Notes under the pieces: generated by a model
The model's database searches: none
Seen by the model: the letters and a program-made list of their open reading frames with translations, nothing else
Told to the model about the DNA's origin: nothing
Part shown: positions 28,199-38,017 of the stretch, piece after piece
Position numbering within the stretch: the stretch's first letter is position 1
Layout of the letters: each line of letters begins with the position of its first letter
Assembly (NCBI GenBank): GCA_031441465.1
Contig: JANOEP010000041.1
Location: forward strand, 1 to 50,834
Direction: 5' to 3'
From: a bacterium
Lineage (GTDB): Bacteria > Krumholzibacteriota > Krumholzibacteriia > LZORAL124-64-63
Length of the DNA: 50,834 nt
Position numbers and translations under genes: made by a program

Positions 28199-29698
28199 TC
28201 ACTCCCGCCTCGTCAGCACGGACGACACGAAGTCGGGCAGGGCGGCGGGGTCGGTCTCGCGCTCGGTCAGCAGCGAGTGGCAGGCGTCGCAGTCCTGGCT
28301 GATGGCGCGGCCGTCCTCGCTCAGGTGGTTGTCGTCGTGGCAGCGGAAGCAGCCGCTCTCGTCGATCTCGCCGTGCAGGTCGACGTGGCCGAGGTTGCTG
28401 GGGTAGGAGCCCCAGACCACGTTCATCCGCGGGAAGATGTTGCGCGCGAGGATGGCGGCGACGACGTCGGCGGTGGGACCGCGTTGCGCCTGCATCGCGA
28501 CGAGGTCCTCGGGATGGTCCGCGGCGTACAGGGAATCCAGATAGGCGGCGACGCGACCCGCGGTGTCCCCGCCGGGCACGACGTCGAACAGGGCCCGCTC
28601 GGTGGCCGCGCGCAGCCAGGGCACGCCGCGGTCGAGCAGGCCGTCGGTGAAGGCGCGGTCCAGCGCCCGGCCGGGAACCTCGTAGATGTGGGTCGGCCGG
28701 TTGTGGCAGTCGATGCAGTCCATGACGCGCCACTCGCCGGCCGTGTCCGCGGGGTCGGCCCCGTCGCGCAGGTAGCGCACCTCGCCGTCGGGCGTCTTCT
28801 GGACCACTTCGACGATGTCGTTGCGCTTGCCGTCCAGGGCGCGGTAGCGCACCTCGTTGCCGCGGTCCACGTGCCAGTGCACGCCGGTCGCGCGCGCCCC
28901 CGGCTGCGGGTTCCCGCCGACCTTGATCACCAGCGAGGTCACGCTCGGGGTGTTGTCGCGATCGGACTCGACGTGCTCGCGCACCACGAGCTTCGAACCG
29001 CTGAACTGCTCCGGCCAGTGGCAGGCTTCGCAGGTCTCGCGCGCGGGGCGCAGGTTCTCCACGGGCGCGGGGATCGGCCGCTGGTAGCTGTTGCGCATGA
29101 CGGCCACCACCTGGCGCAGGCCCGACAGCTTGGCCTTGACGAACCAGTCGGCGCCCGGGCCGATGTGGCACTTCACGCAGGCCACGTTGGCGTGCGGGGA
29201 GCGCTCGTAGGCGACCCCCTCGGGTTCCATCACGACGTGGCAGACCTTCATGCAGAACTCGGTCGACTCGGTGTAGTGGTAGGCCTCGTAGCCGAAGCTC
29301 GCCGACATGATCAGCCCGATCACGGCCAGGAACCCGACCAGCAAGGCCTTGCGCAGGAATTCCGGCCCGCCGATCTCGATGGCGACGGTCCGCACCTCGC
29401 CGCGGGCCTTGCGCCGGCGCTGGACGGCGGCGCCGACGAAGATCAGCACCACGCCGCCGATCAGCACCGCCGGCAGCAGCATGAAGGTGACCATGCCCAC
29501 GTACGGGCTGGTCGGCCGCTCGAGCAGGACGTTGTAGACGTTCAGCACGAGCGCGCCGAGCAGCAGCGCGACGGCGACGATGGCCAGCAGGCTGCCCAGC
29601 GTCGTGATCCAGTTGGCGTAGAAGAAGGGGACGCGGCGGGCGAACCAGCGACCCAGAGCGGACGATGCGGCCTGGCCGGCGGGACGGGAATCGGGCAT
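28199..29698 (-). CDS. Membrane-anchored NapC/NirT-family multiheme cytochrome c (6 heme motifs)
   Basis: Three N-terminal TM helices; CMKVCH, CVKCH, CEACH, CIDCH, CFRCH, CDACH. Confidence 0.88.
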   Translation of the reverse strand: MPDSRPAGQAASSALGRWFARRVPFFYANWITTLGSLLAIVAVALLLGALVLNVYNVLLERPTSPYVGMVTFMLLPAVLIGGVVLIFVGAAVQRRRKARGEVRTVAIEIGGPEFLRKALLVGFLAVIGLIMSASFGYEAYHYTESTEFCMKVCHVVMEPEGVAYERSPHANVACVKCHIGPGADWFVKAKLSGLRQVVAVMRNSYQRPIPAPVENLRPARETCEACHWPEQFSGSKLVVREHVESDRDNTPSVTSLVIKVGGNPQPGARATGVHWHVDRGNEVRYRALDGKRNDIVEVVQKTPDGEVRYLRDGADPADTAGEWRVMDCIDCHNRPTHIYEVPGRALDRAFTDGLLDRGVPWLRAATERALFDVVPGGDTAGRVAAYLDSLYAADHPEDLVAMQAQRGPTADVVAAILARNIFPRMNVVWGSYPSNLGHVDLHGEIDESGCFRCHDDNHLSEDGRAISQDCDACHSLLTERETDPAALPDFVSSVLTRRE

Positions 29699-29814
29699 CA
29701 CGGACCTTCCCGGCAAAGGGTCAAGACGGGCGACTCTGCCCGCATCCTAGCCCGCTGGCCGGGAAGGGACAAGCAACGCCGCACGACGGCGAATACCTAT
29801 CGAATTAGTGGGAT

Positions 29815-30906
29815 TTACCTGGCGGGTGCAAGCTCGTTGTAGAGGGTGTCGCGCAGGACGGGATCGAGGCCGACGCCGCGGATGAAGGACTCGATCTCGT
29901 CGCGGGTCATGCCGGTGCCGGCGGTGCCGCCGGCGGCCAGGGTGATGCGCTCGTCCGAGATCGTGCCGTCGAGGTCGTCGGCGCCGCAGCGCAGCGCCAG
30001 CTGGGCGACCTCGCGCCCGAGCATGACCCAGTAGGCCTTCACGTGGGGGACGTTGTCCAGCAGCAGGCGCGACAGGGCCACGACCTTGAGCTTCTGGATC
30101 AGCGTAGGACCGGGCAGGTCCGCGAACTTCGTGCCCGCGGGGTGGAAGGCCAGCGGGATGAAGCACTGGAAGCCGCCGGTGCGGTCCTGCTGGTCGCGCA
30201 GCATGAGCAGGTGGTGGACCCAGTGGCGCGGCTCCTCGACGTGGCCGAAGAGCATCGTGCAGTTGGTCTTCAGGCCGGCCTCGTGGCAAAGGGCCGCCAC
30301 TTCGAGCCAGCGCTCGCCCGACATCTTCTTCGAGGCGATCCGGTCGTGGATCTCAGGATGGAAAATCTCGGCGCCGCCGCCGGGGCAGCTGTCCAGGCCG
30401 GCCTCGCGCAGCGCGGCGATGGTCTCGGGCACGGTCAGCTTGCCGATCTTCGCCAGGAAGTCGATCTCGACCATCGTGAAGGCCTTCAGGTGCACGTCGG
30501 GGAACGCCGCTTTCAGCGCGCGCAGGATGTCCAGGTAGACGGGGAACTTCCAGCGCGGGTGCAGGCCGCCCACGATGTGGAACTCGCTGGTGCCGGGGAT
30601 GAAGTCGCGTCGGGCCAGCTCGACGCACTCCTGGGGGCTGTAGCTCCAGGTGCCGGGTGCGTTGGGGTCGTCGGCGTAGGCGCACAGCTCGCAGCCCACG
30701 TAGCAGACGTTGGTCGGGTTGATGTGACGGTTGATGTTGTAGAAGACCTTGCGCCCGTGCTTGCGCTCGCGGACGGTGTGGGCCAGCCAGCCCAGCAGGG
30801 GCAGGTCGTCGCTGGCGGCCAGCAGCAGGCCGTCACGCTCGTCCAGGCGCGAGCCCGCGGCGATCTTGCGCGCGACGGGGGCCAGGGGGTGGGAATCGGG
30901 GATCAT
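29815..30906 (-). CDS. mqnE: Aminofutalosine synthase (radical SAM, CofH/MqnE family)
   Basis: HINPTNVCYVGCELC, HIVGGLHP, PGGGAEIF, FIPLAFHP, HVKAYWVM. Confidence 0.85.
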   Translation of the reverse strand: MIPDSHPLAPVARKIAAGSRLDERDGLLLAASDDLPLLGWLAHTVRERKHGRKVFYNINRHINPTNVCYVGCELCAYADDPNAPGTWSYSPQECVELARRDFIPGTSEFHIVGGLHPRWKFPVYLDILRALKAAFPDVHLKAFTMVEIDFLAKIGKLTVPETIAALREAGLDSCPGGGAEIFHPEIHDRIASKKMSGERWLEVAALCHEAGLKTNCTMLFGHVEEPRHWVHHLLMLRDQQDRTGGFQCFIPLAFHPAGTKFADLPGPTLIQKLKVVALSRLLLDNVPHVKAYWVMLGREVAQLALRCGADDLDGTISDERITLAAGGTAGTGMTRDEIESFIRGVGLDPVLRDTLYNELAPAR

Positions 30907-30937
30907 GGCGCCTCCCGGCGTCGGCCTCGATCGGGCC

Positions 30938-31318
30938 TCAGCGCTCGTCGGCGCTCCCGGACATCTTGATCTGCGGCAGCAGGGTCGTGTCGAACATCTG
31001 CTTCTGGCCCGACTCGACGTTGCGGATCTCCTCGATGCCGCGGCGCAGGCCGGCCAGCACGCTGGTGACCTCGATATTGCCGTAGCGGTAACCGAAGTGG
31101 CGCAGCTTCTCCATGGCCTCGATCATCTTCTGCTCGCCTTTGCGCGGCTGCTTGGTCATGACCAGCTCGAAGCCGACGGCGGCTTCGTGCAGGCCCATCC
31201 AGAACAGCTCGTCGCGGCCGACGGCGCCCTTGAGCCCCTCGGCGGTCAACGCGACCGTATCGGCGTAGCGGCGGTTGTTGAAGGCTTCCACGGAACGGCT
31301 CAGCAGATCTTCGCTCAT
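30938..31318 (-). CDS. Hypothetical protein, DUF309-like helical fold
   Basis: VEAFNNRRY...FWMGLHEAAVG; AAGGAG RBS; operonic between def and mqnE. Confidence 0.65.
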   Translation of the reverse strand: MSEDLLSRSVEAFNNRRYADTVALTAEGLKGAVGRDELFWMGLHEAAVGFELVMTKQPRKGEQKMIEAMEKLRHFGYRYGNIEVTSVLAGLRRGIEEIRNVESGQKQMFDTTLLPQIKMSGSADER

Positions 31319-31340
31319 CTCGCTCCTTCGTCGGTCGCGG

Positions 31341-31886
31341 TCAGACGTCCCGGCCGTCGTTCATGACGTCCAGGGGCAGGTACCTCTCGGCCTCGTCCTC
31401 GAACGACAGCCTGCGGATGTCCTTCATCCGCTCGATGTAGACGCGGCCCTGGAGATGGTCGCACTCGTGCTGCATGACCACCGCCTGGTAGCCTTCGAGA
31501 TCCTCCTCGACGACATCGCCGTCCTCGTCGAGGTAGCGGACGTGGATGGCCGCCGGCCGCTCGACGTACCCGCGCAACCCCGGCAGGCTCAGGCACCCCT
31601 CGTACATCCCGAACAGCTTGTCGGTCGTCGGGGTGATCTCGGGGTTGATGACCACCCGGATCAGCGAGACGCCGTCGTCGTCGGTCTCGCCGCCGACCAG
31701 GGCCAACTGCTTCGAGACGTGCACCTGCGGCGCGGCCAGGCCGACCCCGCTGTACTCGTCCATGGTCTCGAACATGTCCTCGATCAGGGCCTGGATCTCC
31801 GGACCCGTGATCTCCTCCGGCGGAATCGGGTCGGCGACCCGGCGCAGGACGGGGTGGCCCAGGCGGGCGACCTTCAGGATGGCCAT
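31341..31886 (-). CDS. def: Peptide deformylase
   Basis: GVGLAAPQV, EGCLS, QHECDHLQG. Confidence 0.95.
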   Translation of the reverse strand: MAILKVARLGHPVLRRVADPIPPEEITGPEIQALIEDMFETMDEYSGVGLAAPQVHVSKQLALVGGETDDDGVSLIRVVINPEITPTTDKLFGMYEGCLSLPGLRGYVERPAAIHVRYLDEDGDVVEEDLEGYQAVVMQHECDHLQGRVYIERMKDIRRLSFEDEAERYLPLDVMNDGRDV

Positions 31887-32036
31887 GGGGGTCCTCCGCG
31901 CGGCTCCCCGCCGGTGCGGGCCGCAATTCGCAAGAAAAATGCACCACCCGAGCCGGAACGATCCCAGCGCCCCACGTTAACGCATCGGCGGCCCGGCCGC
32001 AAAGCGGGTTCCGGGCCTCGTGGTGGGTTCAACCGT

Positions 32037-32375
32037 TCAGTGGCCGGCAGGGGCCGCCGGTGTGGAATCGGACACCGCCGGCGCGGGCACGCAGTGACCG
32101 CAGTACCACTGATCGCTTTGCAGGACCATTTCGGCCACGCCCATCGTCATGCCGCAGGCGGCGCAGACGTGCTGCTCGCCGGCGGGCTTGGCGGCCTGAT
32201 CGGCAGCGCAGTGGCTGCAGTACAGCTTGCCGCCGACCAGCATGGCCTGGTCCTTGGCCACGGCCATGCCGCAGTCCGCGCACTTCGCGGCCTCGGCCTT
32301 GGGGCCGCAGCCGGCGGCCAGGATCGCGCTGCACGCCAGGCACAGCAGCGCCACCAGGATCGTCTTACGCTTCAT
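32037..32375 (-). CDS. Small lipoprotein with two CxxCGM...YCxHC metal-binding repeats
   Basis: Lipobox LAAGC; CADCGM..YCSHC and CAACGM..YCGHC; AAGGAG RBS. Confidence 0.75.
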   Translation of the reverse strand: MKRKTILVALLCLACSAILAAGCGPKAEAAKCADCGMAVAKDQAMLVGGKLYCSHCAADQAAKPAGEQHVCAACGMTMGVAEMVLQSDQWYCGHCVPAPAVSDSTPAAPAGH

Positions 32376-32649
32376 GGGGGTCTCCTTCGGGTACCCGACC
32401 CAACATCCTGCGGGCAGTGTAACGCACGGCATGGCGCGTGACCATGCCCGGAACCACGTCCATGGAATGCCCATGCAGCCGTGATGCAGCGGATCTCCAT
32501 CTGCGGGTGGCGATTTCGAGTCAGATCATCCAAAATCAATATCCCGAGGCTTGATGTTTTATATTTTTCGCGATGTTCTGTGTTCGGAATTGCCGCTCTC
32601 CGCTGAACAAAATTGCCACCAAAAAGTCACACCGCATACATGATGGTTG

Positions 32650-32664
32650 TGGTATTGTTTCTGC
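32650..32664 (+). promoter_or_regulatory. Possible sigma54 promoter
   Basis: tGGtattgtttctGC has GG-N10-GC spacing but a weak consensus match. Confidence 0.3.
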
Positions 32665-32773
32665 CTTCGCTCATCGTCACGACAGGGGGGGTCGTGATTG
32701 TCTCGACTAGCCATACCTAACGAACCCACAGGATCTACATGATTGCGGCTCTCAAAAACTTTGGAGGTGGCTC

Positions 32774-35700
32774 ATGACAACCAACAAATTTGCCAAAAGA
32801 AGTGCCTTCGGATCAATCGTGTTTCTTTGTCTGGCCTGCGCCCTGACGCCGGCCCTGGCCGACAACTGGCCCATGTGGCGGAACGGCGCGAACAACGCCG
32901 GCTCGTCGAACGAAAACATCCTCCTGCCGTTGTCCGAGCAGTGGCATTCCACGGCGCCCCTAGTGGAAGAGAACGGCGTGGTCGTCGCCGGCGGCATCGC
33001 CTACATGGCGACCGACGACGGTTGGCTCTTCGCCTTCGATGTGACGACGGGATTCGATGTGCCGGGATACCCCGTCCAGATCGTTCATACCTGGGGTTCG
33101 CCGGCTGTCGATGTCGCCAACGGCCTCATCTACGGTCTGGCGGGCGTCAACCTGTACGCCTTTTTCCTGAACGGCACTCCGGCCTGGACCGCCTCGGTCG
33201 GCTCGGTCGGCAGCAACTACTCCGAGGGGCCGGTCGTCGACGAGGGCTTCGTCTACCTCAAGGCCGGCGGTAATCTGCGGAAGTACAGTGCGGCCGGCGC
33301 GCTGCAGTGGTCGTCGGCGGCGGGCGGCCCGAACACTCAGCCCGCGATCATGGGCGCCCACGTCTACTCGAACTCCGAGACCGGACAGATCCAGAAGTTC
33401 GACAAGGCGACGGGAGTTCAGATCACCACGGGCGGATTCCCCATCAATACCGGCTACGGCGTGACGGCCCTGACCGCTGCCGACGGCAGGCTGTTCCTCA
33501 AGTCCGATGTTCTCTACGCCTACGACGCCGACAACGGCAGCCTGTTGTGGTCGCAGCCCGACGGCGGTTACAGCACCTATTACGGTACCCCGGCCGTGTC
33601 CGGCGCCGTCGTGTACACCTACGGCTGGGATGCGCGGATCTATGCCTTCGACGTGAGCACGGGCGCCACCATGGCGGGCTTCCCCTCCATCGCGCTGAGC
33701 AACCTGAATGACCGGAATTGGAGTTCCCCGGCGGTCGCGGGGAACAAGGTGTTCATCGGCGCCGGCACGTCCCAGATGTTGAAAGTTCTGGGAGCCGCCG
33801 GTTCAGCCGAAGCGGGCCAGGTGCTGGCCGAGTACCTGACCTTCTCCACCGACGCCCAGGGCTTCGACCTCTGCTCGGCCGCCGTTTCCGACGGCTGGGT
33901 CTTCGCCATGCTGGACGGTGGCGGCCTCTACGCCTTCTTCGGCGGGGCCGGAAATCCCCCGTCCGGCGCCTTGGTCATCAACGGCGGAGCCGAATGCACC
34001 CAGTCCCAGGCAGCGACCCTGTCGCTGGACAACAACGGCAATGCGGATGTGGTGGAGATGAGGATCTCCGAGGACCCGTTCTTCTCGGGTGCGCCGTGGA
34101 TCCCCTACATGGCCTCCTCGTCCTGGACCCTGTCGCCGGGATACGGCATGAAAACGGTCTATTCCCAGTTGAGGGACAACGGGGGCCTGCTGTCCAACGT
34201 GTTCACGGATCAGATCGATTACCAGGCGAGCTGCGAGGGCTCGGTGTGCGTCTGGGTCGACTCGGGCCAGATCACCGAGCACGCCACCTCGTACGGCACG
34301 GCCTGGGGCGACTACGACAACGACGGCGACCCGGACCTGCTGGTGGCCAACGACGGGCCCAACCACCTCTACGAGAACGTCAACGGCGTCCTGACGCTGG
34401 TCCCGAACTGGTGCAACGACGACGAGCCGTCGTACAGCGCCGCCTGGGGCGACTACGACAACGACGGCGATCTCGATCTCTACGTGGTCAACGACAGCGT
34501 GGGCAACGCGCTCTACCGCAACGACGCCGGCGCCTTCACCCGCGTCGACGCGGGAGCCGCCGCCGACGGCGGCAGCGGCTACAACGCCGCCTGGGCCGAC
34601 TATGACAACGACGGCGACCTCGACCTCTACGTCTGCAACCGCCACGGCACCAATCACCTCTACCGCAACGACGATGCGGTCTTCGTGAGTGCCGGCGGCG
34701 TCACCGAGGTGAGCGGCACCAGCCGCGGCTGCGCGTTCGCCGACTACGACAACGACGGCGACCAGGACCTCTACGTCAGCCGCGTCGGTGTGAACTATCT
34801 CTTCCGCAACGACAACGGCGTCTTCGTCGATGTCTCCGCAGCGCCCGTGAACGACGCCGGCGACGGCAAGGGCGTGGCCTGGGGCGACTACGACAACGAC
34901 GGCGACCTCGACCTCTACCTGGTCAACACCGGTGGCGCCAACAAGCTCTTCCGGAACGACTTCCCGGGTGGGTTCTTCACCGACGTCACCGACCCCCTGA
35001 CCGGCGATCCGGAGAACGGCCGGGCTTGCGCCTGGACCGACTACAACAACGACGGCTGGCTCGACCTGTTCCTCGCCAACCACACCGGCGGGAACCACCT
35101 GTTCCACAACACGGGCGGAGCCTTCGCCGACAGCACCTGCGGCGCGCTGGCCGCCACCGCCAACCTGTCGACGTGGGGCTGCGCCTTCGCCGACTACGAC
35201 CTCGACGGCGACCAGGATCTGGCCGTGGCGGTCCGGACGTACTCGGAGACGAGCAAGCTCTTCCGCAACGATCTCGAAAGCAGCCTGGCGCGGAGCTGGC
35301 TGCAGGTCGACCTGCGGGGAGTCACCTCCAACCACTTCGGCGTGGGCGCCAGGATCACGGTCGATACCGGCGATCTGACGCTGATGCGTGAGGTGAGCGC
35401 CAGCGGCTCCTACCTGAGCCAGGCGCCTCTGACCGCCAGCTTCGGCCTCGCGGGAGCAACGACCGTGAACATGACCGTGCGCTGGCCCTCGGGCGTCGTC
35501 CAGGAGCTGACCGACGTGCCGGTGAACCGCCGCATCGAGATCGTGGAGCAGGCCGGCTCCACGGGGACGCCGGCGCTGCCGCACTCGCCGCTGCTGGTCG
35601 TTTCCAACTTCCCCAACCCCTTCAACCCGTCCACGACGTTCGAGCTTTCGATCCCGCGTAATTCGAATGTCGATCTGCAGATCGTCGACGCCGGTGGGCG

Positions 35701-35866
35701 CATCGTCCGCCGGTTGCTGACCGGCGAGCCCTTGTCCGCCGGCTTCCACCAGGTCCAGTGGCAGGGTCTGGATGACGCGGGCATGCTCGCGCCGTCCGGC
35801 GTGTATTTCTACCGCTGCCTGGCCGCCGGTGAGACCGTGACGGGCAGGATGTTGTTGCTGAAGTAA
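32774..35866 (+). CDS. Secreted protein: PQQ-like beta-propeller, seven FG-GAP/VCBS repeats, ASPIC/UnbV domain, FlgD-Ig tail
   Basis: DNWPMWR, repeated SPAV/YAFD..TG motifs; 7x A(W/F)xDYxxDGxxDL; WLQVDLRG..SNHFGVGARI; NFPNPFNP...SGVYFYR. Confidence 0.88.
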   Translation: MTTNKFAKRSAFGSIVFLCLACALTPALADNWPMWRNGANNAGSSNENILLPLSEQWHSTAPLVEENGVVVAGGIAYMATDDGWLFAFDVTTGFDVPGYPVQIVHTWGSPAVDVANGLIYGLAGVNLYAFFLNGTPAWTASVGSVGSNYSEGPVVDEGFVYLKAGGNLRKYSAAGALQWSSAAGGPNTQPAIMGAHVYSNSETGQIQKFDKATGVQITTGGFPINTGYGVTALTAADGRLFLKSDVLYAYDADNGSLLWSQPDGGYSTYYGTPAVSGAVVYTYGWDARIYAFDVSTGATMAGFPSIALSNLNDRNWSSPAVAGNKVFIGAGTSQMLKVLGAAGSAEAGQVLAEYLTFSTDAQGFDLCSAAVSDGWVFAMLDGGGLYAFFGGAGNPPSGALVINGGAECTQSQAATLSLDNNGNADVVEMRISEDPFFSGAPWIPYMASSSWTLSPGYGMKTVYSQLRDNGGLLSNVFTDQIDYQASCEGSVCVWVDSGQITEHATSYGTAWGDYDNDGDPDLLVANDGPNHLYENVNGVLTLVPNWCNDDEPSYSAAWGDYDNDGDLDLYVVNDSVGNALYRNDAGAFTRVDAGAAADGGSGYNAAWADYDNDGDLDLYVCNRHGTNHLYRNDDAVFVSAGGVTEVSGTSRGCAFADYDNDGDQDLYVSRVGVNYLFRNDNGVFVDVSAAPVNDAGDGKGVAWGDYDNDGDLDLYLVNTGGANKLFRNDFPGGFFTDVTDPLTGDPENGRACAWTDYNNDGWLDLFLANHTGGNHLFHNTGGAFADSTCGALAATANLSTWGCAFADYDLDGDQDLAVAVRTYSETSKLFRNDLESSLARSWLQVDLRGVTSNHFGVGARITVDTGDLTLMREVSASGSYLSQAPLTASFGLAGATTVNMTVRWPSGVVQELTDVPVNRRIEIVEQAGSTGTPALPHSPLLVVSNFPNPFNPSTTFELSIPRNSNVDLQIVDAGGRIVRRLLTGEPLSAGFHQVQWQGLDDAGMLAPSGVYFYRCLAAGETVTGRMLLLK

Positions 35867-35885
35867 TTCCGCAATTACAGCCCTG

Positions 35886-35939
35886 AACATGCCAGCCCGG
35901 TTGTCGAACCCTCAGGGGGACGGCAACCGGGCTGGTGTT
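35886..35939 (+). terminator. Terminator-like hairpin
   Basis: ccagcccggttgtcg...cggcaaccgggctgg followed by T-rich sequence. Confidence 0.65.
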
Positions 35940-36088
35940 CTTGGTTATTCGAACTGCGATTCCTGCTATGACGGGCCTGTCGCGCGCTGTACCTTCTCGC
36001 CGAGGCTGCCGTGATGGGGCTGCCATGCCCGCGCACTGCTGAACAACAACTGCATTGTCCTCGCCCTGCCGCGACGAATGGAGACGCC

Positions 36089-36754
36089 ATGTGCGCCGCG
36101 CTGAAACCCGCCGCCGAATTCCCGTTCCCGATGGGACTGCCGCCCGCCCTGGTGTCCCAGTTGCGCGAACACGGCCGGACGGCGCGCCTCGCCGCCGGCG
36201 ACATGTACCTTCGCGAACACGCGGCGGTCGAGACCTTCGCCCTGGTACGCAGCGGCGCCTTGCGGGTGTTCAAGACGGGCGAGAGCGGGCGCGAGATCAC
36301 GCTGTACGGCGTGGGACCCGGCGAATGCTGCACGGTCAACGTGCTGTGCCTGCTTTCGGGCCGTCCCAGCCCGGCCGCCGCCACCGCGGAGACCGACGTC
36401 GAAGCGATCGTCTACCCGCGCAGCCTCTTCCTGCGCTGGATGGCCGATCACGAGGCGATGCGGGCCTTTGTCTTCGGCATTCTGGCCGACAAGGTCGGCG
36501 ACATGATGACCCTGATCGAGGAAGTGGCGTTCCAGCGCATGGACCGCCGCCTCGCCGCCTACCTCGTCGAACGCGGAGGCGCCGCCGGTTCCGTGTTGGA
36601 ATGCACCCACGAGACGGTGGCCGCCGACCTCGGCACCGCCCGCGAAGTGGTCAGCCGTCTGCTGAAGACCTTCGAACAGCGCGGCCTGGTGTCGCTCGCA
36701 CGCGGGCGCATCCGGATCGTGGATCCAGCCGCCCTGCAACACGCCACTCTATAA
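36089..36754 (+). CDS. Crp/Fnr-family transcriptional regulator
   Basis: SGREITLY.V.PGECC, VAFQRMDRRLA, THETVAADLGTAREVVSRLLK. Confidence 0.92.
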   Translation: MCAALKPAAEFPFPMGLPPALVSQLREHGRTARLAAGDMYLREHAAVETFALVRSGALRVFKTGESGREITLYGVGPGECCTVNVLCLLSGRPSPAAATAETDVEAIVYPRSLFLRWMADHEAMRAFVFGILADKVGDMMTLIEEVAFQRMDRRLAAYLVERGGAAGSVLECTHETVAADLGTAREVVSRLLKTFEQRGLVSLARGRIRIVDPAALQHATL

Positions 36755-36813
36755 CTCCTTCCTGTTATGTTAGTTGTCGTCAGATATAATAATGTCTGTT
36801 ATCACAGTCATGA

Positions 36814-36826
36814 GTGACTTAGTCAC
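36814..36826. promoter_or_regulatory. Palindromic operator, candidate binding site of the adjacent Crp/Fnr regulator
   Basis: GTGAC-tta-GTCAC about 70 nt upstream of 36896. Confidence 0.55.
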
Positions 36827-36895
36827 GGCCGTATTCTTCCGGCGTGCCTAGTGTGGCAGAGAGCCGTCACACACACGCCCCAAGAGGAAACCGTC

Positions 36896-37987
36896 ATGAA
36901 GAAGGTCGGGGCCGATTTGATCAGGCGCTCCATGTTGCTGGCTGCCGTCGCGGCGCTGGCGGCGGTCATCTGGGCCGCTCCGGCTCAGGCGCTGCCCCGC
37001 TACTCGGCGCGCTACGGCCAATCCTGCCTGCTCTGTCACGAGAATCCCACCGGCGGCGGCATGCGCAGCGCCTACGCTGCGGAGTACCTGATCCCGGAGG
37101 AGCTGGCCGCGCCGTCCTCGCCCGAGGCGCGGTTCTCCCCGGGAATCGGCGAACGTGTCGCCGTCGGTGCGGATCTCAGGACACTGCTTTACCAGAGCGA
37201 CCACGGGCGCGACGGCGTGCTCGCGATGCAGGCCGACCTCTACCTGTCGGTACACATGGACGACCGCACTGCGGTGTACATCGAGCGCGGCAACGGCGGC
37301 CAGGGCGAGGCCTACGGGACCGCCCGCGTCCTGCCCGGCGACGGCTACCTGAAGGCCGGGCATTTCCTTCCCGCCTACGGCTGGCGCTTCGCCGACCACC
37401 AGCTCCCGGCGCGACGTTACTTGTTCCATCCCGAGGGCAACGACCGCACCGCGCTGCTGCTCGACGACGGTCTCGAACTGGGCCTCGCCCCGGAACCCCT
37501 CGAGGTGGCGATCTCCTACCTCGCCGGATCGACCGGGGAAGGCGGCAGTTATGCCGGTCGCGTGGCGGCGCGGCGTTCGTTCGGCGCGGTGAACCTGGCG
37601 CTGGGCGCCTCCGTCTGGCGCGTGCGGCGAACCGGCGGCCACGACCGCGTCGCGGGCGGTTTCGGCTACGCGGCGGCCGGACCGGTCAGTTGGATCTGGC
37701 AGGTCGACGAGACGCGCGTCGGCGGCGACCTGGGCCGCCTGGTCACCCACGAACTGGCCGTGCGTGTGCGCAGGGGCTGGGATCTGCGCGCCACTTACGG
37801 CTTCCAGGATCCCGACCGCGCGCTGGCCGACGGCGCCCGCACCTCCTGGAGCTTCGGCGTCGACGCCCTGCTCGGACCTCATCTCGGCGCCGTGCTGACG
37901 GCGCGCCGCGAGGAGAACGACCCGGGACCGCGGTCGCCGGAACCCGACACGACCCGCGGCGAACTCGTCCTGCACGTCCTGTTCTGA
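36896..37987 (+). CDS. Outer-membrane beta-barrel protein with an N-terminal monoheme CxxCH
   Basis: Signal peptide AQA-LPRYS; CLLCHENPTGGG; amphipathic strands; C-terminal F. Confidence 0.75.
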   Translation: MKKVGADLIRRSMLLAAVAALAAVIWAAPAQALPRYSARYGQSCLLCHENPTGGGMRSAYAAEYLIPEELAAPSSPEARFSPGIGERVAVGADLRTLLYQSDHGRDGVLAMQADLYLSVHMDDRTAVYIERGNGGQGEAYGTARVLPGDGYLKAGHFLPAYGWRFADHQLPARRYLFHPEGNDRTALLLDDGLELGLAPEPLEVAISYLAGSTGEGGSYAGRVAARRSFGAVNLALGASVWRVRRTGGHDRVAGGFGYAAAGPVSWIWQVDETRVGGDLGRLVTHELAVRVRRGWDLRATYGFQDPDRALADGARTSWSFGVDALLGPHLGAVLTARREENDPGPRSPEPDTTRGELVLHVLF

Positions 37988-38017
37988 ACCGCGCAGACCA
38001 TGCCTACGGGAGGGAAC

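Noticed and set aside
32480..32773. Riboswitch or ncRNA in the longer intergenic regions (also 1043-1240, 6290-6466, 41330-41645)
   Set aside because: Only short hairpins seen and no recognisable Rfam consensus by eye; an Infernal/Rfam scan would be needed.
34301..35220. Regularly spaced repeats 'gactacgacaacgacggcga' resembling a CRISPR array
   Set aside because: They are in-frame FG-GAP/VCBS coding repeats about 130-180 nt apart, with no cas genes nearby.
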